Below, one piece after another: positions 15,510 through 29,201 of a stretch of 64,000 nt of DNA (positions are counted from its first letter, which is position 1; the number at the start of each line of letters is the position of its first letter). Origin of the DNA: Trichinella spiralis (lineage: Eukaryota); the NCBI RefSeq assembly GCF_000181795.1, contig NW_003526941.1, positions 7,501,118 to 7,565,117 of the forward strand. The letters run 5' to 3'. The notes below the pieces were generated by a model. It did not search any database. It was not told where the DNA came from and saw only the letters and a program-made list of their open reading frames with translations. The position numbers and the translations under genes are program-made.

Positions 15510-18500
15510 TCAGTCTGGGATGCAGGAACAGCGACCAGTGCCAGCGGTATTCAAGGGCGGGTCTTCTATTGGCGGTGGTTCGTCGACCACGGTCAACGTG
15601 TTGAGATTTTTCAAAAGTCGACAGGCGTGGCATACTGATCCGCTCGAGACAAAGCCGCACAACGAACACCGGCTCCGGACGGTCGACGCCCTGCATCGAT
15701 CAGTCGCTTGCAAAGCCATCGCCTGTCCAGACCGAAGCACGTCCAAAATAGCCAACGGTCGAATTAATTCCAACCGCTTGACAAAATCCCGAACGTGAGC
15801 ACGATACGAATTGGGCGCATAAACGCAATCAGTACTGAAATAGTCCAAATTCTGAAAAGAAAAACAAAAACTTCAACTCATTAGCATAAAATACAAGAGC
15901 ATAATGTTACACTGATCAGAGACAACAAACAACAACAACAAGAAAAACAAAAAATGTACGTTGAATCTGGCGTAAAGCACGATTTCTTTCTGAAAACACC
16001 TATAAAGCGGCTTGCAACGCACCAAGCCGCCAGCTTCTCCGCTTACTGGACGCGAACAACGGTGCAAGCGATTCAAATCGCCACGCAACACGTTCATCAA
16101 AATTGTTTCTGCCATGTCATCGGCGTTGTGGCCTGTGACAAGCTTGTCTGAAAATGAATCATTCAAATGGAACAATAATAGCTTTTAAAAAGAGAAAAAA
16201 GCATAACAAAACGATAAACCAGAATCAAACAAAGCTAGTTATATGGAATTAGACAAACAAGCAAAATTAATACATGTAATAATAATAATGATAATAATAA
16301 TTACCTTCACCTTGACATCGTTAAATTGCCCTTATTATCAATCTCACTCACCTCAGAGATCTTATCATCATTTGTCCCTATCTTGGCTGATAATTATAGA
16401 TTAATTACAAATATATATATATGTTCTTCACTATAAAGAAGAATAAGAAATTTTGCACAAATCATGATAATACTTTAAAGTGATAAAAATAATAAAAGCA
16501 TTCATTTCCTTACAATGGAAAGAAAAGAAAAAAATAAAGCAATGCAAAACAAGCCAATGCAATTTGAAGCAACTTGAATTAATTGATGTATAAAGCAAGA
16601 AGTTGAAAAAGAAACATTACAGCGCTGTAAATTTGTTAAATTTTCACCAAACCAAGTGCATTTTACAATTGAATTTGAAAAAAAACAAAAATGCCAATGA
16701 TAAACGAGCTTCAGAAAAAAAAATAGAATATTCGTACAAACAAACGGCAAGCATGCATAATGACAAAGATGACAACTGGCGCAAGCAAGCAGGCAGATGC
16801 AGCAGAAGAATGACAGACATCTGAAGAGCAGATTTATTTAAAAATTCGTGCTGATTTTAAAAATAAAAATATCAAATAATAAAAGCAACATGTCGGTGAA
16901 GTTGAAATGCAATAAATCTACAACACAACGAGATGCCATGCTTCCACATACACACAGACAAAGAGGGAAGTAGAAATGGATGGAATAAATTCTCCCCAGA
17001 TTGTTATCAATTATTCACCAATATTACTGACGCAGTGGTTGTAAAAAAAAGAAAAAAATGACAATAATTGCAACAGTAATTGTTTGAAAAAGCATGCAAA
17101 CGACCAACAACAATTCCCACTACGTGCAAGCAATTTATTTTATGCCATCTTAAAAATCACGTAGCTCTCTCTTTGTGTGCTTTGCTAGATGCGAAATGAA
17201 GGGGTAAACTGATGAAAAATAACAACATTGCTGCTGCTGCTGCTGCTCTTAACTGCTGCTATTGCCAATAATAATTTTTTTTTCATTTTACTACAATACC
17301 CTATCACGGAATTTAATTATCGTTCAAGTACCATTTAAAATTCCATAAAAACAACAAAATTTTTTTGTAAAACTTCACATTTGCATCGTAAATATGCCAA
17401 ACGCCAGTAAAGAGTAGATAATTAATTTGAAAATTCTTGCCCGCTAGATAGATTTCTTTGCAAGCAAGCAGTGAAGCTTTTCATGTCAATCAATCAGAAC
17501 AAGCTGCAAAAGTTACATACTGTCGTCTGTCTCCTGTTGATTATCATTATCGTCGTCTTTTATCAATTTATGAGATAATAATATTAAAAGAAAAAAAAAT
17601 TATCTTTCTTTCAAACAAGCATTCGTCGTCGCAATTTCATCAAGCACAAAAGCATTGGAAAAAGCCGGTTAGGCAAATTTCATCAACTGTTAAGCAAAAT
17701 TGCACACTTGTCCAATTGGACGTGGAAATTTCAAAACTCGAACTGGTTGGTTGGCTGGTATATTCAACATTATCAAACAAATTAAATATCAAAAACGCCC
17801 CGAGCTTTCTTTGCATTCATGCACAGCGTAAACAATAAACTTTTTCACAACTGCTTCCTCTTTTTTGAATGTTACTTGTGATAAATAACATTAAATATTT
17901 GCAAATTTAAACAATTCAATTTTACAATTAAACAATCATTTAGCAGCTTAATTTTCGATTGCCATTACCAACTTCCTTCCTTCCTTCATTCAGTGAAAGT
18001 AAATAAAAAGTGGACAAGAAATCCATCCCATCTATCTTATTAAATTATATATTTCTAATGTTGATAATAATAGATTTGCAAATTGAGAAAATAAAAAGAA
18101 TGTGCAAACTGAGAATTAACGAGAGAGAAAGAGAGAGAGAATTAGCAAAATTAGCGCTTACTCGAGCCGAGCTGTTCGCAGCCTCTTTCCAAAGCTTGAC
18201 GTCGAAACACACCACAATAAGTGCAATTATTTCGCAATCCGATCTGTTGGACAATTTCGTCCATTTCCAGACCAAATAAATTCTTATAAGATACCACTTT
18301 CAATGGAATATTATAACTGAATTAAAAAAAATGGATCAATATAAAATCGTGAAATGGAATCAAAATTTTTATACCGTTTCTGTTGCTTGTCAACCGAACA
18401 AAGCGAATCGTCCCGATAGCCGGCAATACCTTCGTTCACTGCTAGCATGGACAAATGCAAGCCGTAATTGAAGCGCTTATTGAGCAAATAAAGCACGTGC

Positions 18501-18706
18501 AAAGCCACGGCCGAATCTTTGCCACCGGAAACACCAATGACGACATTTTCGCCGTCGGTGAAAAACTTCTCAGTTGTAATGGTCCGGTGAACGTCGGCTT
18601 CGAAAGCAGCCGAAAAGCATTTCCTGCAAAGCAGAGTGCCACAAGCCGGACGTCGCATCGAAGCCTGCTCTTCGTCACAATTAGCACAATTCGTCTGTTT
18701 CGACAT
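15510..18706 (-). CDS. CTU1: Cytoplasmic tRNA 2-thiolation protein 1 (Ncs6/Ctu1), 4 exons
   Basis: Exons about 18706-18375, 18316-18162, 16147-15959, 15851-15510. N-terminal CxxC pairs, PP-loop [31 protein letters not shown]-terminal CxxC…CxAC. Confidence 0.96.
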
Positions 18707-20481
18707 ATCGAACTGCAAATCAATATGCAAATTCTCAATCAAAAACAAACAACGAAACAACAAACTATCGATGAGTCATCATTTTTAACAATAGCAGCAA
18801 AAAAAGACACGAAACAGAGATAAAGCATTGAATTGAGATAAAACAGTAAATAATGAATAACAGCAAACGTAAGCGAAAACAAAATAAAAACTGAACGTTA
18901 TCTCAACATATAAATAAAAAACTACAGTAAAACAAAATAGTATTACAACAGAATTTTACTGTTGCAGTGACTTTTACAAAGTATGATAAATAAAATGAAA
19001 GCAGTAAAATTAAACAGAACCAAATTTTCTGAAACAAATAAACATTGACTAAATCAAAGCTCAACGCAAAAGCTCTAGCGTGACGAAAAACAAAAAACTA
19101 AATTGATTATTTAAAAAAATAAACTAAATTAATGTTTTACAAGATGGTAAAATTATTGACAACCATCGTATAAGCAATTATAATCACAAATTATAAAACA
19201 ATTACATCAACTATCTCTGATTATTACATGCTGCTAAAAGAAAACTCATTCATTGTATTATTAATTTTGAAGAAATCAAAACAAAACAAATATAAATTTC
19301 ATCAGTTAATATTTTGCAGAATTATATAACAACATCAACAGAATTTACTTAACAAAAATATAGTGCTTAAATTATTTTAATTTGTTCATTTGACTGCTGT
19401 AGAAGTGATGATGCTGCTTATATGACTGTACCTGAAAATCTACTTTTTTCAGACAAAAACTCAAACTAAAAAAATCGACTAAACTAACTGCTGTGCATTT
19501 TCTACAGAAAATATACTCTAATAACACTAACAGTAATAAAATAAAGGAGAAAAAAAAACAAAAACTTCTCGACTTTATTATTATGCATATATTAATCGTT
19601 AAAACTACTTTCATAGCACAGTATTAGGAACGCATTGCGCAACTGCACCAACGTATTCTACCACAAACCATCAAACTGAATTGAAATTTTTTTAATATTC
19701 AAATATCATGTGATGTGATTATCAAATAACAGTCAAAAGCAGTGACAATATCAAAAGAATTTATCAATCTAATTAGTTACAGTTTGCAAACAAGAAATTA
19801 TAACTTCAAATCATTCATTCTTTGAAAAATAAGGACAGTAGATAATGAAAATCACTAAACATCTTAATTATAAATTTAGAACTTAATTTCTCATTCATGA
19901 CTAACTTTTCATATATATAAAGAAGTATTCAACTGTAAATATACTACTTATTCCATGCCAAATGTAAAATTTATTTATTTGTTTTGTATATTTACTTTGT
20001 AATACATATTAGTCAATAATAAATAAACATTTCATTACCTGAATCACAAAATGCACACTATCGCAATTTTATCAAACCCATATAATGTCAAAAGCAAAAA
20101 CTAATGGATAGATAAATAATTTAATAAATATGAAATCAAAACGCTTCGTTTAAAAAAATAATACATTTTTAGTAACACATTGTACATCGATAGATGATGC
20201 GTATCTTATACAGTACATTGATATGTAAGTTTCAGTTTAAATTGACCTAGTTAATTTGAAATCTAATAGTAGTAACTTCCTAGTAATGTTAAATGTATTA
20301 GCGTGAAACATTGTTTCTGTCAATTCATTTGTTTCGATATTAATTTCAAAAATATTTGAAAACAATATAGTTTCATTTCCACAAAAGTCATTCAGTACTT
20401 AAACATGTAAAACTTGTTCAAGTCGATATGATGTACTATTCTGGAAACTGTTTTACACATTCCATGACAAAGAAGTGAAGT

Positions 20482-21664
20482 TCATGTTTGTTGCGTGTAA
20501 AATTTTTCTGCTTCAGACTGCAAAGCATATAATTCCCGTTGGACAATGTTTGTCGCACGTAATCGTTTTACCATCTATAACAAATTTAGATTTTATTCAT
20601 TTATAATATAAGGAAAAAATTACAATTACAGTAGAATCTGCAGACGAGCGTACCGTAACAAACAATTCATTGTTGATTGGTGAGCCAAAATAAATCAATA
20701 CCCGCTAAATGTAACACGTAAAGATAAGAAATAATAACAACAAAATAATTACATTCAGTATGCGAGGTATAGATGAATTTAATGGTAAAATGTTTTCCAT
20801 TCCTGTAACAAAATTTCAGTTAAAGCATAAGAAAATATTGCAGCTGCATTACCTTCTATCCAGAGCGGCAAAACGGTTGGCAGAATCTTTGCTTCGTTAA
20901 TAAGGCGTCCTACTCCTGAAACATTAATTTAATACAATTTTCATTAAAGCTGAAAATTCTGAACTAACCCCATTTTAATCGAACCGGCGTTTTTGTACTG
21001 TTTACTCTTCCTTGAGGGAAAATATGAATCCATCCACAATTATTTAGAACATCTATACACCGGTCCACAGCAGTTTGATAAACGCCATTTCCCCTCACTA
21101 CCGGAATACACTGTCCTAAAGAGAAAAACCTGACAAAAAACATGTTATAAATGAAAATTATAAAAATGTGACGAATAGAATACCTTGAATATATTGGATT
21201 TGTAAAAACAATCTCTTCAGCAGCTAAAATCCATCGCATTTTCAGTGGATTGCAAAAATAAAATGACCAAGGAAAAATGCCTACAAAATTCAGTCATCAT
21301 TATTACAGAACAAATTATAATCGACTGTATTCATAAATAGAAATCGATATTATGATAAACATAAAAACATATACCCCACATTATTGGTTCGTCCAAACAA
21401 CAGTGATGATTCGATACGGTTATCAACGGCTTTCCAGAAGATAGGCAGTTGAAAAACACATCTTTATTATAAACGTTACAGGAATTTAACCATGCTTAAA
21501 AATTACTTAACACTGCAAATAATTCAAATAATACTTTTAAAATAGTTATCATCACTAGAAAATATCAAACTATGTAACAGTCAAATAATTTGCTTACTCA
21601 ATGTTAATTTACTAACACATCCAACAGCGCAGATTACAATGCTTCTCGCCAATTTTGAATGCAT
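20482..21664 (-). CDS. TAZ: Tafazzin (phospholipid transacylase), about 8 exons; start could lie further upstream
   Basis: PLITVSNHHCCLDEPIMWG (HX4D), RWILAAEEIVF, FFSLGQCIPVVRGNGVYQ, WIHIFPQGRVN, RLKWG|VGRLI; all introns GT-AG; stop TGA 20484-20482. Confidence 0.92.
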
Positions 21665-22318
21665 ATTACTAGAAAACCATAAATGAAACAAACTTTATAG
21701 TCTCAAGTAAATTCAGCAAATTTTCAATAAGGTTCATTGTATTTATTACATATAATTGAGCAATTGTGCAAAAAGCAATTTAGTGCAGCAGAAAATTAAG
21801 ATCAACTGGAGTAATACTGTAATGATTTTATGCAAAACGAATTTTTGGAAAGGATTCTAATTGAAGAGAATAAACTGCCATTTTTGCATGCAAGTAAAGC
21901 AAACTGCCACAATAATGAACCACCTTCATTTAAAAGTTGGCATATAATTTATTCACCTCTTATTTATTTATAAATTGATAAAGATTTATTTTCACAATAA
22001 AATTTTGCACTTCGATAAATTTATTCATAAATGTTGTTATTAAAGTTCATTGTTTTCTTGATTAAATCTTGAATTATTCACATTATACTGTAGTTTATTA
22101 TGATTGACTGTTTTAACTTCCAGTATGAAATCTATGTGCAGTTTTCAAATGTACGTTAGTATTAAACTTGCTCTGCGACAATGAGAGTGTTTATTTAATG
22201 GACTATTGATGAATCAGCTAATCAATTCTTCCTGTTGAAACGAGTTTTCAATGCTTTAAATAAATAAATTCATCTCTAGTTTTCCTCTTCGACTCATTTT
22301 TATACCCATTTGAATTCC

Positions 22319-25300
22319 ATGCTGGCTGATGCGCCTTATTCGAATTTTGAAATGTATGTTAAATTTGACGTTACTGAAACTACAGTTTTAGCTTTATTTG
22401 ATTTCAATTAACACAAAATTTTATTTTTTTTATTTTAAAATTATTTAATGTTAATTATTTATTTAATTAAATTGATTTAGTTAAAATGATATTTAGCTTT
22501 GTAAATACATTTGTAAGATGTAAAGTTCATTGTTACATTTTTCTTTTTATTAATTCTGAAACAACTTTGAATATATCTTTTGTTTTTAATGTGTTGATCA
22601 CAATAATATTTTAATACTTTTATTATAAAAATGGTTCTTTTTTTCATACGTAATTTCTTAGGTGGACAATAACATCAGCTACATCTTCTACTGCAAGGCA
22701 AGACCCGTTTCAAGTGTTTGAAGGTGGCAACTATGATAATATTACGAGTACTTTTCGAAATCTGCCCGTTGATATTGCAAATGAAGTAAGGACATATCTT
22801 TAGAATATCTCAATAAATATTATTAGCTTTGCTTTACAGTCATTTTCTCATGCGACTATAATTAGACTTGTTGATGAATTAAAAATAGGCAAGCGTGCTT
22901 TGCTAAATGATAATAGTTTAAAATTGATTTTATCTTCTGTTTTATTGATTTGATACTCTGAATTGATTCTATGTTTAATTTAAGATCATTTAAATTTACA
23001 ATGACTCATATAGTTGTATTTTGAATACGTGTTTTTGCAGTTTGGTAAATTTTTATTGCTGAACACAATGCATAACGTTGTATAGCTACATTTCTTTGAA
23101 AATAATAATTTAATTGCAGAAAGGCGAAACTCCGTTGATAATTTCTAGTCGTCTTGGTGATATCAGTTTGGTGAAATTTTTTCTTCAATGTGGTTTTGAT
23201 CCAAACGCAAAAGATGATGTAATTCGTAAGTTGAATTATTTTGAATATTGTTCATAATTGTTATTTCAGGAAATGTGGACTGCTTTATTGAATGCAGCCA
23301 AAAATGGCTACACTGAAATTTGTAAAGTTTTGCTTGATGCGGGAGCAAATATTGAGGACAGCGATGTGGTATGAATGAATTTTACGTTCGTTTTGAAATT
23401 TTCCTTTTTTTTAACTTGTTTAGTTAAGGCTTCGTGGACTCCGCTTTGTTGGGCAGTTTACAAGAAAAGAGAAGATATAGTGCGATTATTTATTGAGAAA
23501 GGAGCGTCGGTGAATGTTATCGATGAAGTTTGTCGAATTATTTCTTATTTCAAAGCTATTTAAAATGATATGTTTTTCTGCATCTGAAGCATACAATGGC
23601 GCCATTGTTGTGGGCATCTGGACGTGGCTATACCAATATTGTCGATCAACTACTTCGCGCTGGAGCTCGTGTAGCTGTTCGAGACGGGGTATTTATTTAT
23701 ATAATGCATAAATAATATGAGAAAATATTTGAAGAAAAAAAATTTTACTTTTTAGTTTGGCAATGATGCACTTATTTGGGGAAGTTATGCCAAAAGTCTT
23801 CCTATTGTGCAGTTGCTTCTGAAAGCTGGTTCGTGTGCAGATACAGTCGGAATGGTATAATGCAATTTTTATTAACTGTTGTATTTTATTTTGAATGTTT
23901 TTTTTTGTTTTCATCCAATAGCGAGGGCTGACGGCGTTGATTCTTGCTACACAGGCGAACAGTTTTGAGATGGTTAAAGCCATTTTAGAAAAACCATGCG
24001 CTTTGAATGCGGTTGATCACGTATGCTTGTAAACATTTTCATTTATCATTATTATTATTTATTATTAGGTTTTTTTTATTTTTACATTTTAGAAAGGTCA
24101 TCCAGCACTTTACTATGCAGTTTTAAACGGAAACGCCGAAGTATGCAACAATACATACTGTTCATTCTTTGTTTTTGAAAAATTTAAATTGAATATTTTA
24201 GATTGTTAAAGCACTGCTAGAAGCCGGAGCTTATGTCAATCCATCTGAGCAGGTTTTCAAGAATTTTATAAATTGAATAATTTTAAATAAATAGAGTGTG
24301 TTTTTTCATTAGATTCGTGAAAGTGTACTTTTGAAAGCAGTGAAGAGTGGATTTATTGACATTGTACGACTGTTGCTGGATCATCACGTCGATATTGATT
24401 GTCAAGATTCTGTAATAATTGATTGCTTAAGCTTTTCAAAGAGCATGGAAATTACGTTTTATAAATAATTAATTTTTATATTCTATTCAGGAAGGACGGA
24501 CGGCGCTTCATCTGGCCATTGACAAAGGTTTTTTGGAAATTGTGCAGCTTTTGTTAGAAAACGAACCAAATTTGGAACTGAAAAACTCCGATGGCGATAC
24601 ACCGTTGTTGAAGTCAGCACGAAATCGAAATTTAGCCTTTGTCCAACTTCTCAAACAAGCCGGAGCCAACGTTGGAGCTGTAGATAAGGTTGCAATTGAA
24701 AAAAGAACAAAAATTAACATTTGGGTTTCACATGCACCTATATATATGTGTAAGTTTAGAACGGTGATACCAGTGTGCATATAGCTTTGAGATGTCGAAG
24801 TCGAAGAATGGTTCAAATTTTACTTGCACCACCATTTGACAGTCGCATATTATACCAGCCGAACAAAAACAAAGAAACTGCATACAGTATTGATCGTGCA
24901 GTTGGAAAGCCAATTTTATCTCAAATTTTCGGTATATCTTGGTTGATAAAATGTTCGGAAATATTAATATTTGTTTTTCATTTTTAGGACCTCTTGATTC
25001 AGCTTCAAAAACTGAAGCAATGATGGGATACGAATTGTACAGTAGCGCATTGGCGGACGTGTTATGTGCACCGAATCTTTCGTTGCCGTTGTTTGTTGGT
25101 TTATATGCAAAATGGGGTTCAGGAAAATCTTTTTTATTACGTAAAGTTAGAGGTAGTTGTTCTGTATATACCCTTGTTTTTGTATTGTTTGATATCTCAA
25201 TTTACATTCCAATTCAGGGGCTTTAACAACATTATCTCGATCTTGGCTATCTCCATCTCCGTTGATTTGGTCTTGGTCGACTGCATTTTTGTTAAATTTT

Positions 25301-28300
25301 ATTACAATTGTATTTGGCTTGTTTTTGTTCACATTTTTACCATGGAAGGTAGCATTGTGGCCAATGTTCATAATTTTTGCGGCATTTTTTCTCACTTATT
25401 GTATGTGATCCAATTTGCAAATGAAAACAGTGTTTGATCTATTTTTTGTTACAGTATACGTGATGAAATGGAAAAGCAGCTTGGCTAGAAGGATCAACAT
25501 GTTCATCAGTCGAAAATATGCGTTCATTCGGCTCACATTTCAAACGATGTTTTTCGATCCACCTGCAATGAACGAGCGAGAAATATTCAGCTGTCCAATT
25601 GGGTAATTTATTATTTTTTAAATATTAAACTGAATTTCGTTCAATTGTTGTTGTTGTTGTTGTTAATGTTGCGTGCTTGTGTTTAGCTTTATATATGCAG
25701 ATTATCGTCGTTTGTCGAATTTTGAATGCGAGCATGCGTTGACGAACATCATCGACACATTTTATGCGGGTTTAGAATCCTATTATGGATGGTTGCCAGT
25801 TCGATTGGCAAGAGCTTTCAAAACTCATTCCAGTAATTAATTAATTAATTAATCACTTTTATTATGTCTGTTTTTCAAGGAGGCCGACGAAAACCGAAAC
25901 CTCGACGACTTTGTGGCATTCCGTTGATGCTACTTATGGCGTTGGTGGTCATCTGCTTTTTCGCAGCCGTATACCTTTTCCTGTTGTATTATCAGAAACG
26001 CTTCTCGGGACCATTTTTGTTGAGTTTGCTCATTTTGGCAACGGTTGGCTTATTGTCACTTTATCCAACTTCGTTTGTCGTTGTCCAGTCGACCGTATTT
26101 CGGCCTCGGCGTGCTATGAAGCGGCTGTTGTCGAAAATTGAAAAGCTCAGCTTTGAAGCTTTTATGGAAAAATTGAGAGCTGAAGTGCAAATTTTGCAAG
26201 AAACCGTCGACAGGCTTGACTGTTATACGAGAAGTCAAACACGATTGTAAAAACAAAAGAAAGAAGAAAAGCAGTTCTGTATGTTAAAATAGTTTAGGGT
26301 AATTTTTGTCGACGGTCTGGACAGTTGCGAAGGCAGTCGCATTGTGCAAACTTTGGATGCAATTCAAGTATTATTCGGTCGTTCACAAGCATCTCGCTTC
26401 ATCGTGCTTATCTCTGGTAAGTGTTATTTAAATACAGCAGCTCTGCGCATAATACATGTATATATATATTCATTTTCATTTTAAATTAGTGGATCCGCAT
26501 GTTGTGATCGCGGCCGTGAGGAACAATCTTCAGAGTGCTTTTTTGCAATCAGAAGTATCGAGTTATGATTATTTAAAATTGATCATTCACATGCCCCTCT
26601 ATTTGCGCAATTCGGAATTTGTCAAACTGCACCAACAATTAGCACAGAAACAGCGTAGAAACGCACCCGTCGATACTGCCGGTTTGAAAATGGTATGAAA
26701 ACTGCTGTGAAATGAAAAATTGATTAATAATTTACAATAAGCTTTTAATAATACTTGCTGTATGTGCATTTTGTTTTTCGCTGAATAGCTTATGCGACAA
26801 GAAACTGTGGCCGGCTCGTATTGGTCACTGGCCGATAGTTGTCGAGGCAGTATTCGTTCGCCCAAACCTTCCGCAATGCCATCGCAAACATTCATGGGTC
26901 CTGAAATTGTACGTGATGATTATTTCGGTGATTTAAATCCACGTAGTTTGCGCCGAATTGTCAACGCGCTCAGCTTAACCGGTGAGGAAAACAAAACGAC
27001 AATTATTAAAATTATTCATTCATTTTAGTTATTTATTTTATAAAATTTAAATTTTCATTAGGACGATTGATGCGTGCTTTTGAAATCGACTTCAGCTGGG
27101 TAACGCTTGGCCATTGGACTAGCTTAATTGAACAATGGCCCTACAGGATGTCTTGGACAATTGAATACGCCGAACGATGCGGTGCGGCTGATCACGTCAC
27201 TTTACGTGAAATGTACAACATGTATGAATTTTTCATTTTTTTAAAATAAGCCGTTTGATGTTGTTTTATTCAGGATCAAAGATCGCATACCAAATGAACA
27301 CGACTATTTGATCGAAATGGATCGTAATCCCAAAGGTTTAGATTCGTATTTTCAAAGTGAATTGGATCCGGTACTTTGCGTGCATCACATGCGCACTTTT
27401 ATACCATTCACTTCAAATTTAGATCCATACGTACGTAAATTGATTCGAGGTATGTTTGTATTTTATATTTCGATTTTTTTAAAATTTCATTTTCCTGTAT
27501 CAAAAAAAATGCATATAGATAAATTGGAGACATTCGATTTGACACTGAATTCTCCAATAGTACACAATAGCGAAAGCCTTACAAGTGAATTATTAACTGT
27601 ACCTGTTGGAGTGTCGAGATTGTTTTTGGTATTTATTTTTTTAATATATAGTAATGATAACTAAAATGATATATATATATGTGCTTCTTTTTGTCACAGC
27701 ATCCAATGTGGCGCAAAGTTCGTCTGAGCACATTGTCCGTAATGGAACTTTGCCAACTACTCAAGGCGTTGCCATTGTCGAATAGCGAAGCGGTGGAAAA
27801 GTATTGTCGCATTTGTCACACGTCCAACATATCCGGCTTGACGCTTTCAGTTTGTGAAGTGGATAAGCTGAAGAGCGAATTTCGCATGTCATTCGGCGAT
27901 TGGGAAATTTTCTGTCTGATGGTATGTATCGTATCGTATGCTTTTGGTATATTTTGGAAGCGACAATTCAAATTGCCCAACTGTTGATCATATATAGGTG
28001 AATTATTTGCGAAAGCGTGAAAAGCAGATGGATTTTTCCGTTGAAAATGTTGAAGAGAATGTGGCATTAACTCAGTTGATCATGAAAAGTTCTTCTACAA
28101 GCACGACATCGACGCTGAAACGTCGCAAACAAGATGAAGATGAAGCAAACATGCAGCACAACTGGCTTCAAAATCGACTTGGTAAAATGATTTCATTATT
28201 TAAAAGATTTTTTTGTTTGTTTGTTTCATTTTTAAAATAAACTGATATAAATAAATAAATAGATATTGTTCTTGTTGTAGGTCATTTGGATAAAGTGGAT

Positions 28301-28801
28301 TATGAAGAAGAGGCAGCTGACAAAGCATCGTCGTTGGTAACGAACAGTCGACGATCATCGGTAACTTTCGAGTTTGATGAATTACAATCACCTGAAAGCG
28401 GCAAAAAATTATCCCCGTACAATACAATGCCTCAGGTAACCGTTAGCCGTCTCTCGCCGAACACTTATGCAAATTCAGAGCCACCGCCGAGCAGGTGAGA
28501 AGAGAAAAGCAGTTGTTGTTTTTTTCTTAAAATATCGCTTCATCATCCATTAAAATTATTATTCATAATCATTGAGATAATTTTCCTCTTAACCAGGCCA
28601 CCAAGCGAAGCTGAAAAAGGACAGCCGTCGCCTGCGAGCGGAGAAATGAGCAGACCATTGCTCAGCTCTAGCGATTCAGAAGAGGAGGACAACAATCAAC
28701 TTACAGTAAGACCGAAGGAAACGATTTTCCGACCGTCCATATTGAACAGTCAAAATTCGCTGATTCGAGCCTCGAGCGAGCCCGGTGTCAACGTCGAATA
28801 A
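22319..28801 (+). CDS. KIDINS220: KIDINS220/ARMS: ankyrin repeats, KAP P-loop NTPase with transmembrane segments, SAM-like domain
   Basis: Series of ankyrin exons of about 99 nt (about 23120-24688); Walker A GLYAKWGSGKS; hydrophobic TM exons; Walker B VIFVDGLDSCE; LNPRSLRRIVN, EQWPYRMSW, NLDPYVRK and SAM-like ELKSEFRMSFGDW region; stop TAA 28799-28801. Confidence 0.94.
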
Positions 28802-29201
28802 CAACACATATACGAGGGGTTTTCGATTTCAATTTTACCTCATCCACAACAGCAGTAGGGGCGGCCGAGCAATTCCCCAAGTTAAAGCAAACATACACAC
28901 AAATAAATAATTTAGACATATAAATTTACCAAAGTAAAGCCATTTCACTCTTGCATTTGTCTGTTTTCGTAAAAAAATTGTGAAGAACTTGTTTAGTTTT
29001 AAATTTCAATCGTAATTTTACCAAAATACTGTTTACAATCAAGTGTTCGTTCTGTTCTATCCACATTCATTCCTCCTCCGTTTGGAATTTTCATTTAAAT
29101 CTATACATATACACAACACAAATTTGTTTATTCAAATTCACTTTGCAATATATGCAAATTTTACTTGCACAAGAAGAACACTGTTACTAGGTAATTCAAG
29201 A

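Noticed and set aside
21672..21737. Extra tafazzin first exon MNLIENLL…
   Set aside because: It would need a 25-nt intron, which is too short, and read-through hits TAG.
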